The position numbers were made by a program, and so were the translations under genes. This document shows positions 37,380 to 48,148 of a DNA stretch of 64,000 nt, piece by piece; the first letter of the stretch is position 1; every line of letters begins with the position of its first letter. A model generated the notes under the pieces. That model did not search any database. It was given only the letters and a program-made list of their open reading frames with translations, and was not told the DNA's origin. Origin of the DNA: Octopus sinensis (taxonomy: Eukaryota); the NCBI RefSeq assembly GCF_006345805.1, contig NC_043013.1, forward strand, positions 26,908,001 through 26,972,000. The letters are read 5' to 3'.

Positions 37380-38080
37380 ATCACTGACGTGGGTGATGAC
37401 AATACCACCTGATTGGCACTCATGCCAGTGGAACGTTAAAAGCACATCCGAGCATGATTGTTGCCAGGGCCACAGACTGGCTCCCGTGCCAGTGGCACGT
37501 AAAAAGCACCATTCAAATGTGATCATTGCCAGCATCGCCTTACCAGCACATGGAAAACAGTATTTGAGTGTAGTCGTTGCCAGTGCTGCTGGGCTGACTC
37601 CTGTGCAGGCAGCACATAAAAATCACCTTTTGAGTGTGGTTGTTGCCAGAACCACCTGACTGGCCCTCGTGTTGGTGGCACGTAAAAGCACCCACTACAC
37701 TCTCGGAATGGTTGACATTAGGAAGGGCATCCAGCTGTAGAAACCATACCAAACTAGACTGAGCCTGGTGCAGCCTTCTGGCTCACCAGTACTCAGTCAA
37801 ACTGTCCAACCTATGCCAGCATGGAAAGCGGACGATAAACAACGACGATGATGATGATGATGTATGTATATGTTTGTGTGTCTGTGTTTGTCCCCTCAAC
37901 ATTGCTTGATAACCAATGCTGGTATGTTTACATCCCTATAACTTAGCAGTTCTGCAAAAGAAACCGATAGAAGAAGTACTAACCTTACAAAGAATAAGTT
38001 CTGGGGTCAATTTACTTGACTCAAGGTGGTGCTCCAACATGGCCACAGTTAAATGACTGAACCAAATAAAAGAAAGAATT
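37380..38080 (+). mobile_element. Family C repeat with iterated gtggcacgtaaaaagcac modules followed by family A 3' half
   Basis: Direct motif reading. Confidence 0.75.
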
Positions 38081-38084
38081 CATA

Positions 38085-38300
38085 TAAGGTGCGGGGAGCT
38101 GGCAGAAACATTAGCACACCGGCAAAATGCTTAACGGTATTTCATCTGTCTTTACGTTCTGAGTTCAAATTCTGCCATGGTCGACTTTGCCTTTCGTCCT
38201 CTCAGGGTCAATAAATTAAGTACCAATTTCATACTGGAGTCGATATAATTGACTGGCTCCTTCTCCAAAAATTTCAGGCCTTGTGCCTTGAGTAGAAAAA
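38085..38300 (+). mobile_element. SINE family B
   Basis: gagctggcagaaacattagcac head, core, aaaatttcaggccttgtgcc tail. Confidence 0.85.
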
Positions 38301-38315
38301 TATAATATATATATA

Positions 38316-39418
38316 TTCGGTCATCCCATAAATAACGTAATTTTTTAATACTTTTTTTATTTTTCAACATTAAGATAAACAAAGTTCTTTTTTAATCTAA
38401 AATATACTCTCCTTCATTTCCTACAATGCTCTTCCATCTATCTGGTAGACTTGCAAGGTCACTCTTCCAAAATTCACTTGTCTGTGACAAAAAATATTCC
38501 TCCAGTACTGTTCTGACATCATCTACAGATTTCATACTTTTTCTGTCCAAATGATTTTGGAGACTGCGGAATAAATGATAATCAGATGGGGCAATGTACA
38601 GCAAATATGATGGGTGGGGCATCGTTTCCCAGTCAAACTGCTCCAGCCTTTGGGATATCATCCTCGCTGTATGTGGCCAAGCATTATCTTGATGGAAGAA
38701 CACTTTTTGTCTTGAAACCAAAGTTGGTTATTTTTTCATCTAGCGCTGACTAAAGCTGCTCACAGTAGATTTCCTTTGTTATCATTTGGTTGGGGTTTAA
38801 AAGTCCAAAGTTGACTAAACCTTTCATATGCTACCAAACAGATAACAACACCTTACATGGGTAAAGACCTTCTTTATTCTGGGGTGCCGGTGTTTCTCCT
38901 TTCCCTATTCACTGTCTTTGGTGCTTGACATTTTTATAGAGAACCCATATCTCATCGTGAGTCACTCTTCAGTCCAAGAAAGGTCCATTCCTGAGAGATG
39001 ACAAAAGAGAAGAGCATCTATACACTTTCTGCACCCGATTAGACTCAGGAAATTTGTGAGGAACCCATTAACCCAAATTGCTGGCTATTCCGATGGCATG
39101 CAGGTGTTAATGAATGGTTGAATGACCAAATCTAAGCTTCTCTGCTAGTTCCTCAACAGTTACAATGGGATTTTTTTCTGCCAGGTTTTGCAGAATGTCC
39201 TCATCAAGCTCTACAGATCTTCAAGGATGAGGCTCATCTTCCAGGCTGTAGTTTCTGGCTCAGAATTTCTGTAGCCACCATTGACACTGACTTATGCAAG
39301 TACAAGTTAAAATTCCTACTTGCTTTTATAGCAAGTTGATACAGGTAGTTTATCCTATACCCCTCCAACTTTTAGTTCCTGCAATTGAAAATATCGCATT
39401 ATTTATGGAATGACCCAA
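38316..39418 (-). mobile_element. Mariner transposon 2, both TIRs, decayed and internally shortened
   Basis: TIRs ttcggtcatcccataaataac / gcattatttatggaatgacccaa in TA context; FFHQDNA.PHTA, PHP.Y..IAPSDYHLFRSL, W..I....GEYILD*. Confidence 0.88.
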
Positions 39419-39440
39419 TATATATGTATGTATATGTATG

Positions 39441-39508
<68 letters not shown>

Positions 39509-39595
39509 TACATATACATACATATATATACACATACATATATATTGGGTCATTCCATAAATAATGCGATATTTTCAATTGCAGGAACTAAAAGT
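39368..39595. repeat. Inverted duplication of mariner 2 terminus across a (TA)n tract
   Basis: acttttagttcctgcaattgaaaatatcgcattatttatggaatgacccaatatatat (39368-39425) recurs as its exact reverse complement ending at 39595. Confidence 0.9.
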
Positions 39596-39633
39596 ATATA
39601 TATATATATATATGATATCTGTATGTATGTATA

Positions 39634-40919
39634 TTAGGTTGTCAAGAAAATTCTTGCGGTTTTTAAACTTTAAATTCAGATGCACATATCTCGGCTCAAA
39701 CAAAACTTTATTAATCGAAATAAACAGCATCAGAATCAACACACTTTTGCCAACACGAAACAAGTTTATCTATGCCAGTAGCATAAAAATTCTGTGTTCT
39801 GGTGGTGATGAAGTCATTGAAGGTGTGTTTGGCATCGTCTTGGTTTTTGAAGCATTTCTCACGCAGGAAGTTGTTGAGATGCTTGAAAAAGTGGTAGTTG
39901 GTAGGTGAAAGGTCTACTGAGTATGGCCGATGAGGCAGAGTTTCGTAGCCCAATTCATTCAACTTCTGCAGGCTCAGTTGTGCAATGTGCAGCTGACCAT
40001 TGTCATGGAGAAGAATTGGTCCTTATCTATTGACAAATGCTGGCTGTTGTTATCGGAGTTTCTTATACATTTCATCCATTTGCTGACAGTACTTCTCTGC
40101 CATAATGGTTTCGCTTGGATCCAAAAAGCTGTGATGGATGAGACTGGCTGCAGACTATGAAACAGCCACCATGACCTTCTTTTGGTGCAACTTTGGCTTC
40201 GGTAAGTGCCGTGGAGCTTCGTTGGTGTTGAACCACTGAGCTGAGCATCACTGGTTGTCGTAAAGAATCCACTTTTCATCACAAGTCACAATCCAGTCAA
40301 GAAACGGGTCGTTCTTGTTGCATAAAAGAAGGGAAGACAACACTTCAAAACAGCATTTTTTTTTCGTTGTCATTCAATTCGTGCGGCACCCATTTCTGAA
40401 GTATTTTTGTTTTTCCAATCTCTTTCAAGTGATTGGAAATTGTTGTATACATTACATCTAATTCAGAAGCAAGCTCTCAAACAGTTATGTGTGGATTGTC
40501 TTCCACTAAGGCTCTTAGTTGATTGTTGTCAACATCTGATGGACGACCACTACACTTATCATCTTCAAGACTCTCGTCACCGCTACGAAATTTCATGAAC
40601 CACCATTGTGCTGTACATTCATTAGTGGTTCCTGGGTCAAATACATCGTTGATATTGCGAGCAGTTTCAACAGCTTTTCGGCCTAGCTTAAACTGGAATA
40701 AGAAAATTGTGCGAATTTACCTTTTGTCCATGTTGTATTTAATGTTCCAGAAAAAAATGGCCTAATTATTCAAAAAGAAAAAGAGTACACGATTAGATAG
40801 AGCATAAAACGGGCTTTAAAATGATATCTAAAATCAAAGTAATTTAACGAAAATTAATTTGAAAATACATCATTTAAAACCAAATTTAAAATTCTGTAAG
40901 AACTTTCTTGATAACCTAT
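39634..40919 (-). mobile_element. Mariner transposon 3, full length (~1.29 kb), decayed; Hsmar1/cecropia-like by motif recall
   Basis: TIRs ttaggttgtcaagaaaattctt / aagaactttcttgataaccta; pseudo-CDS 39711-40731: MDKR*IRTIFLFQFKLGRKAVETARNIN, WVPHEL, PHRPYSVDLSPTNYHFFKHL. Confidence 0.9.
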
Positions 40920-40946
40920 GTATATAAATATATATATACACATAAC

Positions 40947-41008
<62 letters not shown>

Positions 41009-41293
41009 CAACAATTGAGGGTAAAATTAATTAATTAATCAATTTCACCAAGTGTTCAGTATGTAAAGGCCATTTAAGGCGAATTCAAAATATTACATTA
41101 TATAATTTAGGGCTTAGTAAAATAAATTACTTTGCCACATACTGAACTTAGTAGAAATAGCAGCCAAAAAAAAATTTTTTTTTTTTAGCTATTTCTACTA
41201 CTTAAAGAAAATTTCTCTCAGATAATGTTTACTCCAGACAGCTCACGAAGGTTTGGAGGTAAATACAGAAAAATATCACAAGTACATAGATCG

Positions 41294-41356
41294 TTTGAGT
41301 ACGTCAACGTTTCAAGATTAGCCAAATAAAATCAGCATTTCTTTCGTCAGCTCAAA
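41294..41356 (-). ncRNA. Type I hammerhead ribozyme (copy 1)
   Basis: UUUGAG CUGACGA AAGA...UCUU GAAA CG UUGA CG UA CUCAAA: 6-bp stem I, CUGANGA and GAAA cores, GUA cleavage triplet. Confidence 0.8.
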
Positions 41357-41394
41357 ATTTCTTAATTTCTTAAATATCACAAGTACATAGATCG

Positions 41395-41457
41395 TTTGAG
41401 TACGTTAACGTTTCAAGATTAGCCAAATAAAATCAGCATTTCTTTCGTCAGCTCAAA
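41395..41457 (-). ncRNA. Type I hammerhead ribozyme (copy 2, palindromic stem III)
   Basis: Same fold with GAAA CG UUAA CG UA; ACGUUAACGU is self-complementary. Confidence 0.8.
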
Positions 41458-42049
41458 ATTTCTTAATTATCTGAGAGAAATTTTCTTTAAGTAGTAGAAA
41501 TAGCTAAAAAAAATTTTTTTGGCTGCTATTTCTACTAAGTTCAGTATGTGGCAAAGTAATTTATTTTACTAAGCCCTAATTATATAATATATATATGTAT
41601 ATGTATATATATATACACACATAAACATTTATATATATATATATATATGATTATGTGCATTACACATACACACATATATATATAACATACAGTCAGTACC
41701 TTGTCATTTAAGTATATGTAACATTTCTTTTCTAGAATTCAGTTCTAAGTAGTTTCCTCCATAATATTATAAGACACACCCCTGTGTCATTGCAATATGG
41801 AGTGATATTTTAACCCTTCCTCTCATATAATCTCACACTATAAAACATCACAAGACACTTGTCAAAATGAAAAGAAGTCAGTTGTACAAATGGTGGTGGT
41901 GGTGGTGGTGGGGAGACATTTGGATGAAGGAAATGAAAGAAAGAAAAAGGGAAAGCTGGTATTGGATTAATAAAAGACAGAAGAAATTAATTAAATATGC
42001 ACATTAAGCAGAGGAAGATATGAAATTAGGTTTTTTTTTTGTTCTTTTT

Positions 42050-42700
42050 ACTTTTCATGGCGACCTGTGACATTGCAGCATATTGCTGCATCCACCATCT
42101 GTTGGTATCTGTTCAAGTCTTTCTAGGCAACCCTCCAAATAGTGTCCCTGTCAACCCTCAGCAAGATAGTTTCTCATTTGCCGTGACCTTGATGCATGTG
42201 CTCAATTAATATGAGCCCCAGCTGGATCCTCAGAGAAGAGAAGGCAATATGCAGGATCCAACTTGGAAAATCAAGCAACATAACCAAACAGTCTGAGAGG
42301 ATGTTCCCAAACCATACAAGTAACAGGATGCATTCTATTTTTTCTAGTCATTGGTCAGATGTGAAATCTGACCAATGGTAATGCATAGTACTATAAACTC
42401 TCCTGGTACCAAAAGAGTTCAGTTAGCTCCTAAGGGCCTCAAACAGTGTCCAAGGTTTGTAACTAAAGAGCAAAATAGGGAGAACCAGAGATTTGAACCT
42501 TTGTCTTCTTGCTCAGATACCAGCAGCACCAAAGATCTTTGTCCAATGAGTCTTCAACAACCCCAACATTTTAAGTAATTGAAAATATTGATAAGTTTTT
42601 GTCCAAAGAAGAAAGTGCCTGTCTTTAATCCTTGCAATCTTGTCCACCACTCAACCTTTTTTGTCATAACCAGCAAAAAGAGGCAGTGCTAGCTTTAAGG
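42050..42700 (-). mobile_element. RTE-clade LINE 3' remnant (may extend to ~43250)
   Basis: SLDKDLWCCWYLSKKTKVQ/SLVLPILLFSYKPWTL..LRS*LNSFGTR, YHWSDF, ending MVDAA.C. Confidence 0.75.
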
Positions 42701-43500
42701 CATGGGCATTCTTAGCAGTTGCTTAGGGGTTCCAAGTGTCTAAGGGTCCAGTGCTTATCTAATTATGTCGTTATGTATGTAACTGGGGAGGAACTTTGGT
42801 GTATTGCTTTGCCCAGGAGCCTATAATTCTGTGAAAATGGCCTTGAACAGGGGAAAAATTGCCTATCCTTCCTTAGTAAAGGAAAGCAGCGGAGCAACCT
42901 TTATGATGGACCCAACTGATGGACAGATTTGTCCTATACATTATAACAAATGTTCAATGTATCTCCACAATTCAGCAATGTTTAAGCAATGAACAGGGAG
43001 AATTGGGCCATACGTGACATGGTTCATTATCAGGTGAGCTACACTTAGGCTTGCCATTCAGAAAGTCCTACAGCTGCGTGTGGCCAGTGAGCTGAAGTTT
43101 GTCCATGGCTGCTTTACATAATAAACAAGGACATACAAAACTTCATAGCTCTATGCCACACATCCCCTCAGGCAGGTTCAGCTGACAGTATTGCCACGCC
43201 TGTGGAGTTTCTCTTGCCATGGCATTGCTCCCCACTTTTCCACTGCATAGATAATGATATTAGTTGAACCTGAAAAGAACTGTTCAAACTCAACATTTAG
43301 CATTTAATAAAATTGAAAAATAATTCATGAATTGTTTGCATGCAGTTTGCTTGTTGTTGATGAATAATGAAAGAGCTGTGAGAAATGAATCATTCTGATT
43401 AATAAGTTTGCTTGATTGTGTTTATGAACTTCATGGGAAGTAGGTTTGCTATTTTCATTGTTTTGTGAAGAAGAAAAAGAAGAAAGAAAAAGAAAACAAC

Positions 43501-44013
43501 CACACTGTATTCCCTGTGAGTCAACATCAAGGAAAATTCTACAGAATCATTAATCTTCTGTTCAGTACATGTCAACAAGGGATTTACTACACATTTGCTT
43601 GACCTGTTAGAAATAGCAGCCAAAGCACCATCAAATGACACCTCATTATGTCTTAACCCTTTTCATAACCACCCCTGGTTTTATGATACAGACTGCCTTT
43701 TTAAAGTAATCTCAACTAAAGCCTTCTCTCAAAATTCCATGTTATGTTCCAAACTTGCTTAATGATAACAAAATCGTTTTTCTTATTCTTAATTTATCTT
43801 AAAAATTAATTGAAACAAGAGCAGTGTATGTTGAACAGAAATATAGCAACAAAAGAGTTAAGACATAATGAGGTGTCATTTGATGGTGCTTTGGCTGCTA
43901 TTTCTAACAGGTCAAGCAAATGTGTAGTAAATTCCTTGTTGACATGTACTGAACAGAAGATTAATGATTCTGTAGAATTTTCCTTGTTGTTGACTCACAG
44001 GGAATACAGTGTG
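43501..44013. repeat. Long inverted repeat (~155-bp arms) centred on a piggyBac-like MITE
   Basis: 43501-43657 is the near-exact reverse complement of 43858-44013 (also visible as twin ORFs in the track). Confidence 0.92.
43658..43857. mobile_element. piggyBac-like MITE
   Basis: TTAA|CCCTTTT ... AAAAGAG|TTAA; body related to 61380-61860. Confidence 0.7.
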
Positions 44014-44371
44014 CAAGATACCACTCACATAGATTGAACCTGAAACTACTTAGTTGGAAAGCAAACTTCTTAACTAAATTGCCATGACTGTACTTTTTTT
44101 AATGTAATGTGTCAAGAAGATTCTTCATGATAAATATCTAGCAGCTAGTGTTGCTATCTCGTGTAATGTATTTGTCCCTTGTTTTGATTAGGCATTTGTC
44201 AGCATCTTTTTTCTATCAGTCCCAAAGCATTGTTATTTAAGAATTTGATTCTGTAATGAAAATCACACATCAGATGATGTTCCACTTTCCATAGATATTT
44301 TCTCCATTTCTTTCACAGATGTTGTCACCTACTGATAAAGAGATATTTTTTTCCTCTGATGATCTTCAACG

Positions 44372-44376
<5 letters not shown>

Positions 44377-44441
<65 letters not shown>

Positions 44442-44452
44442 CCTCTCTCTCT
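44377..44452. repeat. (CT)n microsatellite
   Basis: Direct reading. Confidence 0.95.
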
Positions 44453-44716
44453 CTCCCACCCATCCACTGAAACACTGGAATTTGTTCATGCAAATTTTCT
44501 ACAGCTAGATGCACTTCCTGTCACCAACACTTCTATGTTTCCAAGCAAGGTAATATTTCCCCGTGGCCAGACATGATTTTCAGGCAAGACTGGAAACAAC
44601 ATCACTTGTATGAGAGTAAAACTCATCTACAACCATTACATGATGTCAAGACATTAGTGTTATCTCCAACAATTACTATTTTGTATTACTATTTAGTATT
44701 AGCTTTCATAACTTGT

Positions 44717-44736
44717 CGGAAGTGAGTCACTTCCGG
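44717..44736. promoter_or_regulatory. Palindrome with AP-1 heptamer flanked by inverted ETS-like motifs
   Basis: cggaagtga g tcacttccg; TGAGTCA at 44723-44729; motif match only. Confidence 0.3.
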
Positions 44737-44932
44737 TTTATATCTGGGATCGAGGTTGCTTTGTTTCCAGAAAAACAGGTGGTCTTTTTGTGTCCATCTA
44801 TATCTCGGAAAACCTGCTGTCATCCCTGAATGTTCTCCTTCTTTGGTTATTTCATGTTACTACCAGTGTGTACCAGTGTGACCAAATTTCTGCTGCTTCT
44901 AGAATGATGAACCGACAAAGTTTTTTCTACTG

Positions 44933-45214
44933 TTGCTGCTTCATGTAGAAGTCTAGGCAAGCAGAATCACAACTACCACTGTGATAACAAAGATGAAAAA
45001 TGGTTTAAATTTTTGGAGTCATTTATTTTCTACCCATACGTCACATCGTGCAGGCGTACACTTGCCATACACTTGTATATACACACAGTACACCTGCACG
45101 ATGTGATGTATGGGTAGAAAATAAATGGCTCCAAAAATATAAACCATTGTTTGTTTTAGTTATCGCAGTGGTGTCTGTGACCCCGCTTAACTAGATTTCT
45201 ACATGAAGCAGCAA
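44933..45214. repeat. Fold-back element, ~125-bp imperfect arms
   Basis: ttgctgcttcatgtagaa...atttattttctacccatacgtcacatcgtgcagg vs cctgcacgatgtgatgtatgggtagaaaataaat...ttctacatgaagcagcaa. Confidence 0.85.
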
Positions 45215-45384
45215 TAATGAGTACGCATAAACACACAGACACACATAAATCCGATGCTTTATGTCAAAGAATGGGAAAGGAGTGCTCAATACATGTTGTA
45301 GAGGATACAGCTTTTTTTTTATTGAAAAATTACAGGGTGTGAAATTCAAATCAAAAGACAAACTCTCAGCTTATAAAGAATCTA

Positions 45385-45775
45385 TTTGCATAGGTACATT
45401 ACTTCTCAACAACATGGTTCCTGGTTCAGTCCTACTGCATGGCACTTTGGGTAAGTGTCTTCTACTGCAACCTCTGGCCAACCAAAGCCTTATGAGTGGA
45501 TATAGCAGATGGAAACTGAAAGAAGCCCATCATATGTGTGCGCGTGTGCATACATGCATGCATGTGTGTTGTTTTTGTGTTTTTGTTTGTCCCCCTCCAC
45601 TGCTTGTCAACTGGTGTTGGCTTGTTTATACCCCTGTAAGTTAGCAATTTGACAAAACAGACCGGAAGAATAAGTACCAGGCTTTGGTAAAATAAGGACT
45701 GGACTCAATTCATTCAGCTAAAAGAAATTTCTTCAAGGTGATGCCCCAGCATGACTGCAATGAGTAAAGGATGTA
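45385..45775 (+). mobile_element. CORE-type SINE family A
   Basis: catggttcctggttcagtcctactgcatggcactttgggtaagtgtctt to ccccagcatgactgc. Confidence 0.8.
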
Positions 45776-46204
45776 GATGATTGCTTTCTTTCAATTTCCA
45801 TCAATCAAGTTCACTTTCAAGGCTTTGGTATGCCTGGGGCTGTAGAAGAAGATAATTGCTCAAGCTTCTGCACAGTGAGACTGAACCCAAGACCACACAA
45901 TACAGTTGGGAAGCAAACTTCTTAACCACATAGCCATTTTCTCTTTGCTAGATTTCCTCATACATTTTGTAGGTTTATTTTTCCCATCCTCTTCAGAGAT
46001 GCCTCTTACCTCAACTCCTCTTTCATATTTGTTTACCTCAGATGTAAACAATTTTCTTTTCTTTTTTTTTTCTTCATGCGGTATAACTATTCTGTTAGTT
46101 TCCCTTTATTCTTTACTAAGTACTTTTGTAGTTTTAAAGTAGATGTTTTATGTTAGTATTCTAACTGATACAACCCCCCACACACTCGTTTGTGTTCATG
46201 TAAA

Positions 46205-47020
46205 ACGTAGTCTTTCTATGCCAGTTCTTCAGTGGTATATTCCAAATGAATTCATTATCTTTGTGTTTTCCTATCTAATCTTGGTAATTTCTTTAACTGA
46301 CATTTGAGAATATTGTAACTGTAACTTATTTCTGGAACAGCTAAAATATTGATACTTATTATCTTGTTCCTAGCATTTGGCTCACTTTTAAGAATTAATC
46401 TAATGTATTTATAATTTTCCTTTCTGAAACTTTTCTTTCATTTCTGTGTGTCCTAAATATTTGTAAGCCTGTCTTTGGTCTAATCCTTTTATCTTTATTT
46501 CTTTATCTAATATTGTATTTACTGTCTTTTTATTAATTTTCATCTCATCAAGGTTTTCTTGGCATATTTTCTCAAACTATATTGCATGCCAATTTCCCTC
46601 CTGAATCATGCACTGTACGCAACAGACTTTTCAATTGCTTGTTAATTACAGCATATAGTTTGATGACACACATACATAATTTAATTGGTTGATTTTTCAG
46701 CAAAATCATTGAATGTTTTTGCACATACTTTGTAACTACCTGTTAGATATTCTAGCCAGAAATTTGGCACTTCTTTCATTTCCTGTCATTTCTTGTTCAT
46801 ATTCTCTAAAGTATCTGCTTTATTTGCTGAAAGGTTATTTTTTTTTTCTTTCCAGAAATGTTCTTACCATTATGCTTGCTGCTTTTAACATGTTTACCCA
46901 TAACAATCCATCAAATGTCTATATTACTTTCCTAAAATCTTCAGCTTCTCCTGTTTCTGATTCTACAATGATTTCCATTTTGCTTTCTCCCTGGTTTTTG
47001 GTAAGGTTGCGTTAGGTTAA
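46205..47020 (-). mobile_element. Old R4/Dong-like LINE RT remnant
   Basis: IKGLDQRQAYKYLG, then YIRLILKSEPNARNKIISINILAVPEISYSYNIL, LDRKT, IERL; frameshifted. Confidence 0.6.
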
Positions 47021-47290
47021 AAACAAGTTGTTTTTTTTGTTCAAAGAAATCTTGTCACTTTTTAAAATGACAAATTCCTTATGATTTATGAGGATTCCCT
47101 TCTTTTTTTTTTCTTTTTTTGCTTAGACCCTATTTGATTTCAGATAGATTTTATGTTCCTTATTTTGTATGTGTCTCCCATTTTTTCCATTTATATATCT
47201 TTTTGTTGTCAATCATATTAAAGATTGAGAGATCTTTTATACTATTTTGTTTCTCTACGTTTGGCTTTCACATGTCCTCCTCCTCCCCCC

Positions 47291-47375
47291 CTTCTTCTTC
47301 TTCTTCTTCTTCTTCTTCTTCTTCTTCTTCTTCTTCTTCTTCTTCTTCTTCTTCTTCTTCTTCTTCTTCTTCTTC
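47291..47375. repeat. (TTC)n microsatellite
   Basis: Direct reading. Confidence 0.95.
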
Positions 47376-47889
47376 CATTACCGTCATCATCAAGTACTTT
47401 CTGAGTGAGAAAACCTGATCATAAACATTGCAGCCATGAATATTATTTCTTTCTTTCTTTCTTTCTTTCTCTCTCTCTTTCTTTCTTTCTTTCTTCCTTA
47501 CATACAAGGGCTCCAGGACTGTATTATCCAATATGACCTTTTTTTTTAAAGATGATTTAAGAGAGAATTGGCTGATATTTCATGTTCAGTGACCACATAG
47601 AGACTCCCTCATTGGTTCATGTTTCCACATTATTTACTTAGCATTAGATCTTCCCATGTGAGACGTTTTGAGGAAAAATTCATTTTCTCTTAGTAACCAC
47701 TCTTCACCACTAGTACCCACTGCATATAGTAGTTAACTTATCTTGGAGATATTAATGCCATCTTTTGATTCCAGTATGTCTATGATTGTCCAGTCTGCAA
47801 TTGTTACTGTTGAGCTATTTTATTGCTGAATTTCATCAACTCTAAGGTGTGGTAGGGAGAACTATAGGGAGAACTATAGGAGAACTATG

Positions 47890-48040
47890 TTACAAGTGTG
47901 GTAAGAAGTTTGCTCCATAATCACATGGTTTTGTGTTCAGTCCCACTATATGGCACCTTGGGCAATTATCTTCTGCCATAGTCTTGAAACCAATGCCTTG
48001 TGAGTGGATTTGTTGCATGGACACTGAAAGAAACCTGTTA
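47890..48040 (+). mobile_element. CORE-type SINE family A, 5' half
   Basis: gtgtggtaagaagtttgc...gttcagtcccactatatggcaccttgggcaa. Confidence 0.8.
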
Positions 48041-48112
48041 TATATATACATACATACATATATATATATTTATATACATACATACATACATATATGCATA
48101 TATATACATGCG

Positions 48113-48144
<32 letters not shown>

Positions 48145-48148
<4 letters not shown>

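Larger units (their letters stand above)
41003..41588 (-). mobile_element. Fold-back PLE-like element carrying two tandem hammerhead ribozymes
   Basis: ~125-bp inverted arms 41097-41226 / 41466-41588; 97-bp direct duplication with period 101 (41271-41367 / 41372-41468); flanked by (TA)n. Confidence 0.75.

Noticed and set aside
44740-44850. Possible degenerate hammerhead (minus: gggaugac cag..cug gaaac)
   Set aside because: Core positions 3-4 are wrong and stems I and III cannot both be formed
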